Shown piece by piece: positions 50,764-63,856 of a DNA stretch of 64,000 nt. This DNA is from Okamejei kenojei. Its lineage: Eukaryota. How positions within the stretch are numbered: the first letter of the stretch is position 1; the number at the start of each line of letters is the position of its first letter. The DNA is taken from contig CM069147.1 of assembly GCA_035221665.1 (NCBI GenBank), positions 19,964,001-20,028,000 of the forward strand. Reading direction: 5' to 3'. The notes beneath the pieces are model-generated. The model saw nothing but the letters and a program-made list of their open reading frames with translations, ran no database searches and had not been told where the DNA came from. A program made the translations under genes and the position numbers.

Positions 50764-51370
50764 GTCCATAAGGACCACCGCAATCCCTGTCACCGGCAGA
50801 CAGTCCACGAGAAGCCAATGACCAGCACCATGGACAGCGCGTGGCTGCCAGAAAACACCGGCACTCTGGACAGAGCTCTGGACTGGGCTGGGGCCACAGC
50901 CAAAGCAGAAAAAGCTGCATCCAGTTAGCTGTTATTGGATCAACTCACCTGCACCTTGTCAGCCCTACTCCTAGTAAACCAATGGAATTCTAGCCAGGGG
51001 AGGGAGCAGGAGAGAGAGGAAGCAAAGACTCTGACTCAGACTCTCACTCTCTATAAGATGGGCCTCTTTTTGCAGCTCGCTAGAATACTGAGCTATCAGG
51101 ACAAGCCAGAGACCACCAGCACCATCTCTTGAGGCCAGAGTGAGCTGCTGGGACAAGCTCAAAATTGCCTCTGCCCTCTTCGAGGCCAAGTTTGAGCTGC
51201 CAGGATAAGCCCAAGATTACCAGAGTCTCCTCACAGACAGAGGGTCTGTGCACCCACGTGTACCTAGAATTTCTTGTTACTACTATCCTTCACTATAAAT
51301 AAACTATATCATGTGAGTTCACCCTCTGAGTCTGTCAGTTTGTCGACTCGGTGCCATCCCTGACATCACA
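50764..51370 (+). mobile_element. Possible solo-LTR-like insertion in a CR1 tail
   Basis: Interrupts CR1 AAAGGTTTAGAGG/GATACGG; TATA-like ~51052, AATAAA ~51298, internal ~40-bp direct repeats; termini and TSD not canonical. Confidence 0.4.
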
Positions 51371-52385
51371 AGGGATACGGATCAAATGTAGGCAAATGGG
51401 ACTAGCATAGATGGATGAGGTGGGCCAAAAGGCCTGTTTCTTTGCTTTATGATTTTATAATTGTGTGGGTACATGCTCCGAGTGATGTGGTATTGAGGAT
51501 TTCGGAACAGCATGATTCATGGTCTCTGCTGAGCTATCCGATCTGTTCAGTGGTTTCATGTAAATAACTAGAAGCAGGAGGAAGCATAAACTCACGACCC
51601 TGGTCAACTGGTGCTCGCAAATATCCTTCTAACGTTATTACAGAGATGGAAGTTAAAAAGGAATCATCACATTCAGGAGGAGGAACTGAAAGCACAGAGA
51701 AAAATATAGTTTTGACAAACTGTTGAAAATTTAGGGTACAATCTCGTTGTTAGGAGAAATAAATTATGGGGAAAAAACCTGATATTTTGTGCCAGTGCTT
51801 TTCATCTTTTTTTCTAGGTCAGAGTTTTAAGTATTCATATATTGGCACCAACAGCACCAACTGTGGTCATCGAAGGTGAATATGCCCCAGGGATGCCATT
51901 ATAATGTGATTGCTGTCAGAATACAAAGAGGCTCATAAAACATATTTCTGGTGCAATTGCATATTTGTCTGATAAAACAGATTTCCCATTGATAGGAATC
52001 TAGATCTCAGATTTATTCAGATAAACAAATTTGACTGGGTAGTATTATTCATAGTGGCACAGCTCTCTGTTCCTCCTATATTCATATTCCAGTCAAGTCT
52101 GGTATTCGCATTCTTGAGCAGGCTTTGCTGTTGACTACCGTCATTCTCAGGCCACTGCTGTGGAGCTTTCTTGCAAGTTTTGACTGACAGACTCAGTTGG
52201 TTATATCCTGGGGTAAAGTTGTTCGGTCTGGTGGTCATTAGATTGTTTTTTAAAGGTTATGTTTCTGGTACCATTATCGTTAATTACTTGCCATTGTTTC
52301 TTTCCAAACAAAGAAACCCATTTGACTTCATTTGCATTCTTAATGCATGCTGAAATTGAGTTTGCCAATATTAAAACTCATTTAT

Positions 52386-52443
52386 ATTTGTACTTGGCAC
52401 CATTTTGATTGCATTTGCATTCAAAATGGTGCCAAGTACAAAT
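52386..52443. repeat. Near-perfect palindrome
   Basis: 23-bp perfect arms ATTTGTACTTGGCACCATTTTGA, 12-nt partly paired centre. Confidence 0.9.
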
Positions 52444-53189
52444 GCCCCTATTGAAATTGTTAGTCAAGGTTACACTCAAAATAAGCGTTTTTGTCCAGTT
52501 TTTGCACCAAGATTTGAGCTTGTAAATTGATTTTGCCTCAGAAAATAAAAATAAATATATGTTTCTATTGTATCTCGTAAATCATTAAGATAACGCAATT
52601 CCTTAGATTACAAATTCAATTAACATTGCCTCAGCCTGCAGATGGAAATTGTCCTCATGACATGAAGAGGCTCTTTTAGTCGTCCCACCCCCCTATCAAC
52701 ACCACCACCGCCACCAGCACAGTGTTTAAAAGGAATATTGCCAATTAAAGTTAATTTGCTGGAAGAAGCTGGTTGTGTGCAAATAGAAAATGATTTACTC
52801 GCAAATAACTCCATGGTTGCAACCATATATGGTCAAGTACTTTTGGATTGTAAAGTTTACTGTTTATGCAGTTTATTGTTGTAATGTGAAAACTGGCAGG
52901 CAATTCATGCACTGCAACTTTCACACATCAGTGTGATTAACCTTGTAATCCTTTCTTGGTGAGGTTTGCTTGTGGCAAATATTGACCAGAACTCATTTGT
53001 TCTTCTTTGAATAAATCCTATGGGATCTGTTCTGTCCCTCATCATGTGGCACAGAGGTGCAGCATATACTAAGAAAATGTCATGTGTGCAGAGATCCTAA
53101 AAATGTTGGTGGGCTACAAGATCCAACTAAAGAGGAGATGGATCTCAATTGTTTTAATTGATAATTTGCGCACTGAGAGAACAAGTATA

Positions 53190-53610
53190 AGAAACAGGAA
53201 CAGTATCTGGCTTTTTGAGATTATTTGCCATTCAACAAGATCGTGGCTGATCTTCTTTCTCAGTTTCATTTTCTTGCACTCTCTCCATAATATTTGATTC
53301 CCATAATGTCAATAAATCTATTGATCTCTGGTTTGAATTAACTCAACAACTGAGCCTCTTGCAGCCTTTCAGGTTTGAAAATTTCAAAACTTCGCCATTC
53401 TCCGAGGGTTGACATTTATCCTAATCTCAGTCCTAAAGTTCCCGTCCCTTATTCTGAGACTGTCTCCTGGTCCTATATTCTGCAGCCAGAGGTAGCATCC
53501 TCCCTGCATTTTGCACATTGAACTCTGTCAACATTCTTGTAAGATTCAATGAGATTTCCTCATTCTTCTGAATACAGCCATTCTCTATTCAATCTCTCAT
53601 CATACGACAA
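53190..53610 (-). mobile_element. Old CR1 3' end
   Basis: Degenerate match to CR1 3' region seen at 2913-3360. Confidence 0.65.
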
Positions 53611-54999
53611 AAGCAAGTTTATTGACCTTTTTAAATTAAACTTTCTTAGTTTTGAGTAGTTGCTTCAAAGCATTTTCAACTGCAGTAAGTCTAACTTACT
53701 CCTATATTCAAATATTTTCATGCTAATCCCTTGTTGTACTTGCATTTTGTGTTTAATTAATCGATAAAGCATATTGCATACTTTTTGCAAATAAATGTTT
53801 TTTTTGTGGAAATATTTAGTTAGGTGTAATATGGATAATTGCATAGAATTCTCTGCATAATGCTTTAGGAATTGTGTCAATGATCTGGGAAGATTTATGG
53901 AGAGGGCTTACTTGATTAATACAGATGTCAAGGATTATGGGGAGAAGGCAGGAGAATGGGGTTAAAATAGGGAAATATAGATCAGCCATGATTGAATGAC
54001 GGAGTAGACTCGATGGACTGAATCACATGAATATAGTTAGATGATACAAGAAATTAGAGACTTAACCTCCTTGTAGTCTTTCCATTTAGCTAAGATAAAT
54101 ACATTTTAAGTAAAATAATAAAAGGTGCAATAAGGCAGACACCAACAGATCTTTATTTATATGTGCTTACTCTAAACAGCTTCACTTCTACTAATGAAGA
54201 AATAACTTGCATTTCTGTGACCCCTTTCATGCCATCAGGACATCCTCAGGTTTTGCAGTCGGTAAAATGACTTTTAAATTCTCAAGAGCAAATTTCTATA
54301 AATGGTAGCAAGGTCATGAGGGACTTAATCTCTCTGCATTCTATCCATTTAGCTAAGAGGAAGACATTTTAAACAAGATAATAAAATATTCTATAGGCAC
54401 ATTAATAAAATCAATTTCTAGCTTTTAATTGGGGAAACAAATATCAAAAGAACAGAGAAAATCAATCAATCAAAATGCCCCTACTCTTCCTTCTAAATAA
54501 TGTGAAGAAATTATATTATGTCCAAGTGAGAAATTTGATGGAGTTCTGGTGTAAGGAATGATCCAAACGCTTTTCCTCTCACAGATTTAAATTCCTTCAA
54601 TTGCCCCATTGGACTGTGAGCATAGAAATTGCTGAAACCTCTGGAGTGGGGCTTTAACACAGTCTTTTGAATCAGGGCAGATGGCTATTAAGTAACTTAA
54701 CGTTTTTACATCCAACATGTTTTAGTTCAGTCACATGTTGCTTGAAGTCATTGCTTTATTAATGAAAATTGTATGCTTGTCATTACTGTAACTAGCAAAT
54801 TTATTGATCTTGTGTGCTGTCATAAATCAATTTTCCTTGAGCTCTTTAGTGGCTCAGAACTGATTTATATTCCCGTGTAAAGGTTTGTAGATACTGGATG
54901 AATTCCTTCAAAATAAACAATTAACTGTTTGAAAGTTACAGTGATCCTTGCTTTGTTTTCCTTTGCTTGACTCCATCACATATTAATATATGAAAAGGT

Positions 55000-55260
55000 A
55001 TGGTGGGACAGTGGTTAAGGTGCAGGGGATCTAATGAACCAGAGACGTGTTTTTGAATCTTATTAGGAAATTAGAAAACATTTAAATATGAATCTGAAAA
55101 TAACAAAAACACCGTAACGGTAAATCATTTTGTGAATTCCGTTGGAGAACGAAATCTGTTGGCCATATCTGATCTGACCTATATGTGATCTCTAATTGCC
55201 TAAAAAGATACTCAATTCTTCAGTTACCGGAGATGAACAACAATTTTGGCCTTGCCCACA
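55000..55260 (+). mobile_element. Ancient tRNA/Deu-type SINE remnant
   Basis: TGGTGGGACAGTGGTTAAGG head; GAAATCTG..CCTATATGTGA core. Confidence 0.45.
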
Positions 55261-55679
55261 ATTTGCGTTCAATTTAATCTTCCCATTGAAATTATCTCTC
55301 TGTTTCAGCAAAGCTGGAATGAGATCTTGCAGTATGCATTATGACTCAATATGGGATACATAATGCTGGGAAATAGGCAATGTCACCTGCTCAGTTAGGT
55401 TCTGTATAGACTTGTATAGACTTAATGTTTGCTATCAACAAATTCATGGTCAGATCCACTAATATCATGCCAGTGTTCTCTTCTTGAACCATTGTCTCCT
55501 CTCTGACTTCCGCTGACAGGAAGACTGAAGGGCTAGCAGGAAGCTTGAAGGTTGAACATCTAGCTGCTGACCCCAGAAACTGTTGAGGAACTGAATAAGG
55601 ATTGCGCAAATTGGAGAACTGTTAAGTGATCCTTTGACTCTCCAGTGCAGTGATGGGCAGCAGTCAAAGAGAACATTAA

Positions 55680-57740
55680 CATAGAAATATAGCAACATAG
55701 AAAATAGGTGCAGGAGTAGGCCATTCGGCCCTTCGAATCTGCACCGCCATTCAATATGATCATGGCTGATCAACCAACTCAGTATCCTCTACTGCCTTCT
55801 CTCCAAACCCCCTGATCCCTTTAGCCACAAGGGCCACATCTAACTCCCTCTTAAATATAGCCAATGAACTGGCCTCAACTACCTTCTGTGGCAGAGAATT
55901 CCAGAGACTCACCACTCTCTGTGTGAAAAATGTTTTCCTCACCTCGGTCCTGAAGGAATTCCCCCTTATCCTTAGACAGTGACCCCTTGTTTCTGGACCT
56001 CCCCAACATCAGGAACAATCTTCCTGCATCTAGCCTATCCAACCCCTTAAGAATTTTGTAGATTTCTATAAGATCCCCCCTCAGTCTTCTAAATTCTAGC
56101 GAGTACACGCCAAGTCTATCCAATATTTCCTCATATGAAAGTCCTAACATCCCAGGAATCAGTCTGGTGAACCTTCTCTGTACCCCCTCTATGGCAAGAA
56201 TGTCTTTTCTCAGATTTGGAGACCACAATTGTATGCAATACTCCAGGTGTGGTCTCACCAAAACCCTGTACAACTGCAGTAGAACCTCCCTGCTCCTATA
56301 CTCAAATCCTTTTGCTATGAAAGCTAACATACCATTTGCTTTCTTCACTGCCTGCTGCACCTGCATGCCTACTTTCAATGATTGGTGTACCATGACACCC
56401 ATGTCTCGTTGCATCTCCCCTTTTCCTAATTTGCCACCATTCAGATAATAGCCCTCCTGTTTTTGCCACCAAAGTGGATAACCTCACATTTATCCACTAT
56501 ACTGCATCTGCCATGCATTTGCCCACTCACCCAGCCTATCCAAGTCACCTTGCAGCCTCCTAGCATCCTCCTCACACCTAACACTACCCCCCAGCTTAGA
56601 GTCATCCGCAAACATGGAGATGTTGCATTCAATTCCCTCGTCCAAATAATTAATATATATTGTAAATAGCTGGGGTCCCAGCACTGAGCCTTGTGGTACC
56701 TCACTAGTCACTGCCTGCCATTCTGTAAAGGACCCGTTTACTCCTACCCTTTGCTTCCTGTCTGCCAGCCAGTTCTCTATCTACATCAATACTGAACCCC
56801 CAATACTGTGTGCTTTAAGTTTGTATACTAATCTCTTATGTGGGATCTTGTCGAAAGCCTTCTGAAAGTCTAGATATAACACATCCACAGGTTCTCCCTT
56901 ATCCACTCTGCTAGTTATATCCTCGAAAAATTCTATAAGATTCGTCAGACATGATTTACCTTTCGTAAATCCATGCTGACTTTGTCTAATGATTTCACCA
57001 CTTTCCAAATGTACTGCTGTCCCATCTTTAATAGCTGACTCTAGCAGTTTCCCCACTACCGATGTTAGACTAACTGGTCTGTAATTCCCTGTTTTCTCTC
57101 TCCCTCCATTTTTAAAAAGTGGGGTTACATTAGCTACCCTCCAATCCTCAGGAACTTCTCCAGAATCTAAGGAGTTTTGAAATATTACCACTAATGCATC
57201 CACTATTTCTGTGGCTACTTCCTTGAGTACTCTGGGATGCATCCTATCTGGCCCTGGGGATTTATCGGCCTTTAATCCATTCAATTTACCCAACACCACT
57301 TCCCGGCTAACCTGGATTTCACTCAGTTCCTCCACCTTATTTGACCCCCGGTCCCCTGCTATTTCTGGCAGATTATTTATGTCTTAGTGAAGACAGAACC
57401 AAAGTAGTTATTCAATTGGTCTGCCATGTCCTTGTTCCCCATGATCAATTCACCTGTTTCTGACTGCAAGGGACCTACATTTGTTTTAACTAATCTCTTT
57501 CTCTTCACATATCTATAAAACCTTTTGCAGTCAGTTTTTATGTTCCCTGCCAGTTTTCTTTCATAATCTATTTTCCCTTTCCTAATTAAGCCCTTTGTCC
57601 TCCTCTGCTGGACTCTGAATTTCTCCCAGTCCTCTGGTAGGCTGCTTTCTCTGGCTAATTTGTATGCTTCATCTTTGGTTTTTATAATATCCCTGATTTC
57701 CCTTATTATCCATGGCACTACCTTCCCCAATTTATTCTTT
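55680..57740 (-). mobile_element. Young CR1, 5'-truncated
   Basis: Long ORF pieces 55875-57883 with RT motifs; (TTTCTATG)n tail. Confidence 0.94.
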
Positions 57741-57744
57741 TTTA

Positions 57745-58620
57745 AAATTTTTTTTAAGGGGTTTAAATCCTCAAAAAGTGTTCTGAGAGCAAGGCAGAGT
57801 CTTGGGGAATAGCATAATTTCCAAAAAAAACATGCGGAATCGACTGCAGCTGTACCAATGGGGGTGGACATGGTAGATTGCATTGGATTGTTCAGAAATT
57901 TAAGTAAATTCGCCAGTTAGAGATAGAAATTAGAATATCTGAATTTTAATATTATTGAATCTTTTGTTTCGTTGTGTCCTGTACTTGGTGTTTATTGCAG
58001 ATCTGGGTATATATAAGAAGTACAATAAAATAATTCTAGAAGATCCAGGTTATTTGGGAAAACTTGTTTTACCCAGCTGAAAGTATCCCATAATTCTTCC
58101 TTTGCAACATTCAATTGCTTCTTAAATAATGGCTGTTTGCCTCTATGGTTACATCTGAAAGATTTTGACACATTTATGTGAAGAAGAATCTCCAGCATTA
58201 GCTCTACATTTCGGTTAAATAGTTTGAAATCATACTCTATAGTTCCACTCCTCAAAGAATACACCCTCGACAATCATGTGTCTTCAAACTGAAAAACCAA
58301 AATCCTTTGTACTTGTCTCTCTTGTGATAGATATCTTATGATAGTTATGTAATTTCCCCACAATTTGTGTTTATATAATCTACAGCGATTTGTTTTTTTT
58401 TTTCTCTCTTCTCACTCAGAAACACTTTACCAATCTAAAGAAAAAGAATTCTGAATCTGGAGAATTTAAGATTTTTAACAAATGCAGTTTCTTGGCCTAT
58501 TTCTTTCAATTTCCCAACCATTTTCATTTGTTTTCTTAACTTCTATTATTTCTCCTTTACCATTTTGAATAAAGTATTAAATCCAATTGTTTATGATTGC
58601 CTCAAAAACTTTGCAAAATT
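57745..58620 (-). mobile_element. Degraded L1/Tx1-like ORF2 C-terminal fragment
   Basis: A-rich minus strand with RC..H..FFW-like remnants; weak. Confidence 0.4.
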
Positions 58621-58719
58621 TAAAAACATGGATACCCACAATTCTGTATTGTTTATCATTAATGCTCACAGTGAAAAGTTGACGCTCCACTGTAGTTCAC
58701 TGTGGGATATTATGCATTG

Positions 58720-60600
58720 GGGTGTGGTGGCGAAGCAGTAATTGAATTGCCGGAGGAGTAATCCAGAGGTCTGGTCTTTCATATCTCGCTATGATGTTTG
58801 TACAATTACAATTCAGTTATTAATCTGGATTTTTTGTTATCATCACTTCCCTGAAAGGGTGCAAAGAAGACTTACTAGGATGGCGTCAGGACTCAAGAGC
58901 CTGAACTATAGAGAACAATTAGATAGTCTTGTATTTTATTGCTTGGAGGCTGAGAGGTGTTCTTATAAATACATATAAAATCATGAAGGAACAGATAGAG
59001 TGGATGCACAGAATTTTTCCCAAAGTATCGGGATCAAAAAATAATTGGAGAACAAATGTTTAAGGCAAGACAGGAAAGATTTAACAGGAACCTGAGGGGA
59101 AACCTTTTCCACGGCATTACACAAAAGGCTGGAGAAACTCAGCGGGTGCAGCAGCATCTAAGGAGCGAAGGAGATAGGCGACGTTTCGGGTCGAGACCCT
59201 TCTTCAGACTGGTCAGGGATCAGGGAAACGAGAGATATAGACGGTGATGTGGAGAAATAAAGAACAATGAATGAAAGATATGCAAAAAAGTATCGATGAT
59301 AAAGGGAACAAGCCATTGTAAGCTGTTTGTGGTGTGAAAATGAGAAGCTAGTGCGAGTAGGGTGGGGGAGGGAGATAGAGATAGAGGGAATGCCAGGGGC
59401 TGAGGGAGAGGTGGGAAGGGGAGGAGACAGCAAGGGTTAACAGAATTGAAAAAATTCAATGTTCAAGCCCAAAGGATGCAGACTCCCCAAGCGGAATATG
59501 AGGTGCTGTTCCTCCAACTTGCGGTGTTGCTCACTCTGGGCGTGGAGGAGGCCCAGGACCGAGAGGTCGGATATGGAATGGGAGGGGGAGTTGAAGTGCT
59601 GAGCCACCGGGAGGTCGGGTTGGTTTTTGCGGACCGAGCGGAGGTGTTCGGCGAAATGATCGCCAAGCCTCCGCTTGGTCTCACCGATATAGATCATCTG
59701 GCATCTGGAGCAGCGGATGCAGTAGATGAGGTTGGAGGAGGTGCAGGTGAACCTCTGTCGGACCTGGAAGGACTGCTTGGGTCCCTGAAAGGAGTGGAGG
59801 GGGGAGGTGAAGGGACAAGTGTTGCATTTCTTGCGATTGCAAGGGAAAGTGCCCGGGGGAGGGGTAGAGCGGGAGGGAAGGGAAGAATTGACAAGGGAGT
59901 TGCGGAGGGAGCGGTCTTTGCGGAAGGCAGACGGGGGGAGATGGGAAGATGTGGCGGGTGGAGGGGTCACGTTGGAGGTGGCGAAACTAGCGAAGGACTA
60001 TTTGTTGTATTTGCCGGCTGGTGGGGTGAAAGGTGAGGACCAGGGGGACTCTGCCCTGTTTGCCAGTGGGTGAATGGGGAGAGAGGGCAGTGTTGCGGGG
60101 TATGGAGGAGACCCTGGTGCGAGCCTCATCAATAGTGGGGGAGGGGAATCCCCGTTCTCTGAAGAATGAGGCCATGCCTGCGCCTCCATCTCATACCCCG
60201 TGGATTCCACCTACGATCTTTTCCACGGCGTGGTGGGTTTATGGAATGAGCTGCCAGAGGAAGTAGTTGAAGCAGGTGCATGGATAGGAAAGGTTTAAAT
60301 AGATATGGGTCAAACGCGGGCACATGGACTTGGTTAGGTGGAACAGGAGCTTTGCATGAATGAGTTGGGCCAAAAGGCTCGTTTCCGCGCTGTATGATTC
60401 TATGGCTCTAAACATTACTAGTCCATTAAATGGTTAAATAGTGACCAAATTATCACTGTCCTAAAAATCCATCTGGTCACTCTTGTCCTTCAGAGGAGGA
60501 AATCTGCTATCTTTACCCATCTGTGACTCCAGATGCATCAATATATTTAACTCTTAATTGTGTCCTGTTCCAAGAGGATCGGCAGTAAATGCAGGCGTTA
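58720..60600 (+). mobile_element. Deu-type SINE (58720-58835 + 60412-60600) split by a CR1 3' fragment (58845-59115 + 60218-60410)
   Basis: GTAATCCAGAGG head and CCATCTGGTCACT..GGAAATCTGC..TGTGACTCCAGA core on either side; CR1 ERVQRRLTRM. Confidence 0.65.
59116..60217 (-). mobile_element. Young Penelope 3' portion with open GIY-YIG ORF
   Basis: ORF 59437-59970: NLIYCIRCSRCQMIYIGETKRRLGDHFAEH; 12-bp TSD CTTTTCCACGGC (59104-59115, 60218-60229); hammerhead-like core 59180-59207. Confidence 0.92.
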
Positions 60601-60949
60601 TCAGAACAATGGATAAATGGGGATAAATAGAGCTTACCCAGAACAGACCGAGCCTTTTTTTTACCGCGGTTATTGTTATATAAGACGGCCCTCGAGCTCT
60701 CTCCGGATAATCAATGGCATTAGTTTACATGGACTGTAAGCCAGGCTGATGGATCTGTATTTGTCACACGTTTCAAGCATAGCAGACGTGCCAGCAGTTT
60801 GTAGTCAAACTATTAAATATCTCCCTGTCGTCCCTTAACTATTTCAGTGCCTGATTGCTCTTGAATCGTGTGGCGGTGCGTGTATTGCTGTAAGGATGCT
60901 GGGTAACTATTGGAGACAGGCAAGGAAGCATCACCGCTAGTGATGCTGC

Positions 60950-61477
60950 AAGGCTGACTGGCCGCTTGCTTAATTGTCTGCGAGCATCCCGGGTTACTGA
61001 CGCAGGGCGATCGCTCGCTCAGTGACCAACCATCGCCGGTGCACCTCCAGCTCGCCCCCGATTTCTCGAGCGCTCCCGGGAGCGCGGAGAAGAGCCGAGG
61101 CGCCGCGCCGTTCAGGGCAGGACAGGCTTCGTCCGCTGGCGCCAGCGGTGCTCACCAGCCGCGACCCCGCGACCGGGACAAGTCGAAGCGAAGCGAAGCG
61201 AAGTGAGCAGAAGTTTCCACGGGGACGAGGTAGAGGGACGCGGGAGAGTTAAGGATTCTGTGCACGGCTTTGACGATTAACCGGTTAATTGCGACAGGTT
61301 CATTAAATCGACTTGTCGGTCTGATAAGCTGCAACGGAGGGTAAATCTCAGCATTTCGGTAACTTTGTGTAAACCTTCAGTTATGTGTTTTCATATTCTA
61401 AATCCTAATTTTGTTTTTGAATCCGTTTTTGGAAAAGTAATCGAATCAACCGCCAAGTTGAAGGCGGTGGGCATGCC

Positions 61478-61512
<35 letters not shown>

Positions 61513-61700
61513 TTAGCAGCTTTGCTAAGATCTTGTCCGAGGTGCAAGGGCGAAGTAACTGCGGTCCAAGTACCGCGTCCAATGGGAGCGGTGGATGCCT
61601 GCGGCCTGGCCCACGGTCCGGGGCTGTGGATGGGCGGCGTGGACGTGGGTGCTGGTGGTAAACAAGATTGGAGTCAACCGTGTGGTTTGACACGTTTTTA
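60950..61700 (+). promoter_or_regulatory. CpG island / probable promoter and non-coding first exon of the next gene
   Basis: Unique CpG-dense sequence; TGACGCA 60998-61004; candidate donors GAA/GTGAGC (61203) and GAG/GTAGAG (61230); strand is inferred. Confidence 0.5.
61480..61510. repeat. (GT)n microsatellite
   Basis: About 15 GT units. Confidence 0.95.
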
Positions 61701-62414
61701 TCCGTGTGAACATAGGCTTCGCTGAACATTTCTGGCATTGGTAAAGAAAAGGCGACAGCTAGTCCTCGTGTGGTCATAAATAACGAAAAATGCTAAGAGT
61801 GCTTTGGATATCAGCTGCACCCCATTGAGGAATCGCCACTATAAGGTGGGGGTGAGGGATGGGAATGATAAGGAAAACAATGTTGTGATTCATTATATTT
61901 TGAAAATGTTGATGGTAGTGGTGGGGGAGATTTTGATTAGACATTTTTTTTTAAATGCGTGCATTAACCCCTTAAAAGCAACCCCATTTGTTGTGAAGCA
62001 ATACTTTTTAGTTATGGTACATTTTCAAGAAAGACTCTGAAAGCAATATAACTAATTAGTTTTGGGAAACTCATGGATGGCTAATTGAATCCTGATTCGG
62101 AGGCAAGAGGAGCATTGATCAGGCGAGGTCTAGATGATTTTGAGAAATTTGTTTGAAAGCCACTCGTGATACAATGAGCAGAAAAGTAAAAGTTCAAGGA
62201 TAAAATGATAATTTGGCCAACGGCCAAGTTTAATAGTTGATGGGCATTTTAGAGAATAGAAAGTGGAATGTTGCATCCTCTGTGCTAGGTCTTTTGCTTT
62301 CTGTGTTATTTATTAATGATTTTGACCAATGTCGGGAGCAAAATTAAGTAACTTGCTGGTGTTTTTCTAAGTGCCGTTCTCACTCACTATCAAACATTTT
62401 TAATATTAAAGGGA

Positions 62415-62487
62415 TGCTTGACATCCCCAAATGAATTACTACACACTCCAGAAAAGTGTGTAATAATTCATTTGGGGATGTCAAGCA
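62415..62487. repeat. Near-perfect inverted repeat inside old CR1 sequence
   Basis: 33-bp arms with 1 mismatch, 7-nt loop. Confidence 0.9.
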
Positions 62488-63744
62488 AGGACCAAACATT
62501 TAAAAAAAAAACTAGTTGGATAGTGAGAAAAGTAGATTCCTGAATGCAGCAGGGTAGATAGAAGCTATGCTTAAGCATGGGATGCTTTTCTTTGTTGGCC
62601 AAAACATAAACTGTAAGAGTTGGATCATACTAGAACTGTTAAAAACATTTTTAGACCCCCAGGTAGTGTACTGTGTACAATTGTGCCCACCACGATATAG
62701 GAAGGACATGGTAGCTATAGGGAGAATCACAAAAAAAAAACATTTGTCAGAGCTGGTTATGAGGAAAGATTGACTATTTTCTTTGGAGCCGAGGGGAAAG
62801 TTTAGTTGCAGCATATAAAATTATGATATAACTTTTTCCTTATCAAATAGGTCAATGACCAAGGCCATACATTCATGGTTATGGGTGCATAGAAAGAGAA
62901 ATGGCTTATTTACCCCACCATGCTTGTCCTTTCATTCAGAAAGATCACAGCTACACTGGTTTCCTGTAGAAACCAGTTTCCCTTGAACTATCGATTTCTA
63001 TTGTGAATGTATTCAGCAATTTCAGTCTCTACAGACCTTTTGGGAAGAGAAAAGATTTTCTACCCACTAGGCGAAGAGGTTACTTTTTGTCTCTAAACTG
63101 CCGATTCTTTTACTTTGATAATGGGCTCATGATTCCATATGCTCATAGTAAAAGAAACAATTGCTCTGCACCTGCACTGTTAGGCCCTATGAGCATTTTG
63201 GTTATTTTAAAAGATATTCATTTTGTTCTTCTAAACTGAAGTAACAAAAAAAAAGAAGTGCATTGAGAAAGATCTTTGCATGCAAAGAATGCAAAATGTC
63301 TAGATTTGGCTGCATGAATGGGATGGATTGAGATTGAAGCCCCCAATATTTTTTTTTAAAGTACCTAGACAGTCACATGATGTGCTGTAACTCGTAAGAC
63401 CACAGGCTGAGACGATAGAAAGTTGGTTCAGCCGCCATTGTTCTATTGTGGCAACCATGAACAAAATAGGTCAGTAGCTTCCTCGGTGCTGTATATGTCA
63501 GTAATATTACAGCATCAAATGGAAGTGATTTGCAGCTTGAAAATATGGAATTAAGAAGCGTACACTCTGCAAAAGCATGACTGTTCCTTTTCTTATGCAT
63601 ACATACAGAGGTTGACAGTAAGATGTATGTAGGCTGCAGAAGTGGTTGAAATGTTAAATATGAGACTAAATTCATGATTCCATTTTTAATTCTTAACGGA
63701 AGGAAAGGAAGATTATTGACAATGAGTGATAATGGAGTTGATGT

Positions 63745-63856
63745 TTAAGAAAGAACTGCAGATGCTGGAAAAATCAGTGGAGAAACTCAGTGGGTGAGGC
63801 AGTATCCATGTAGCGAAGGCATAGGTGACGTTTCGGGTCAGGACCCTTCTTCAGAT
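63745..63856 (-). mobile_element. Penelope terminal remnant with hammerhead-like core
   Basis: Minus strand CTGAAGAAGGGTCCTGACCCGAAACGTC (63827-63854). Confidence 0.75.

Noticed and set aside
59446-60036. 196-aa plus-strand ORF, and similar antisense ORFs at 3388, 10542, 32459
   Set aside because: Shadow frames opposite retroelement ORFs
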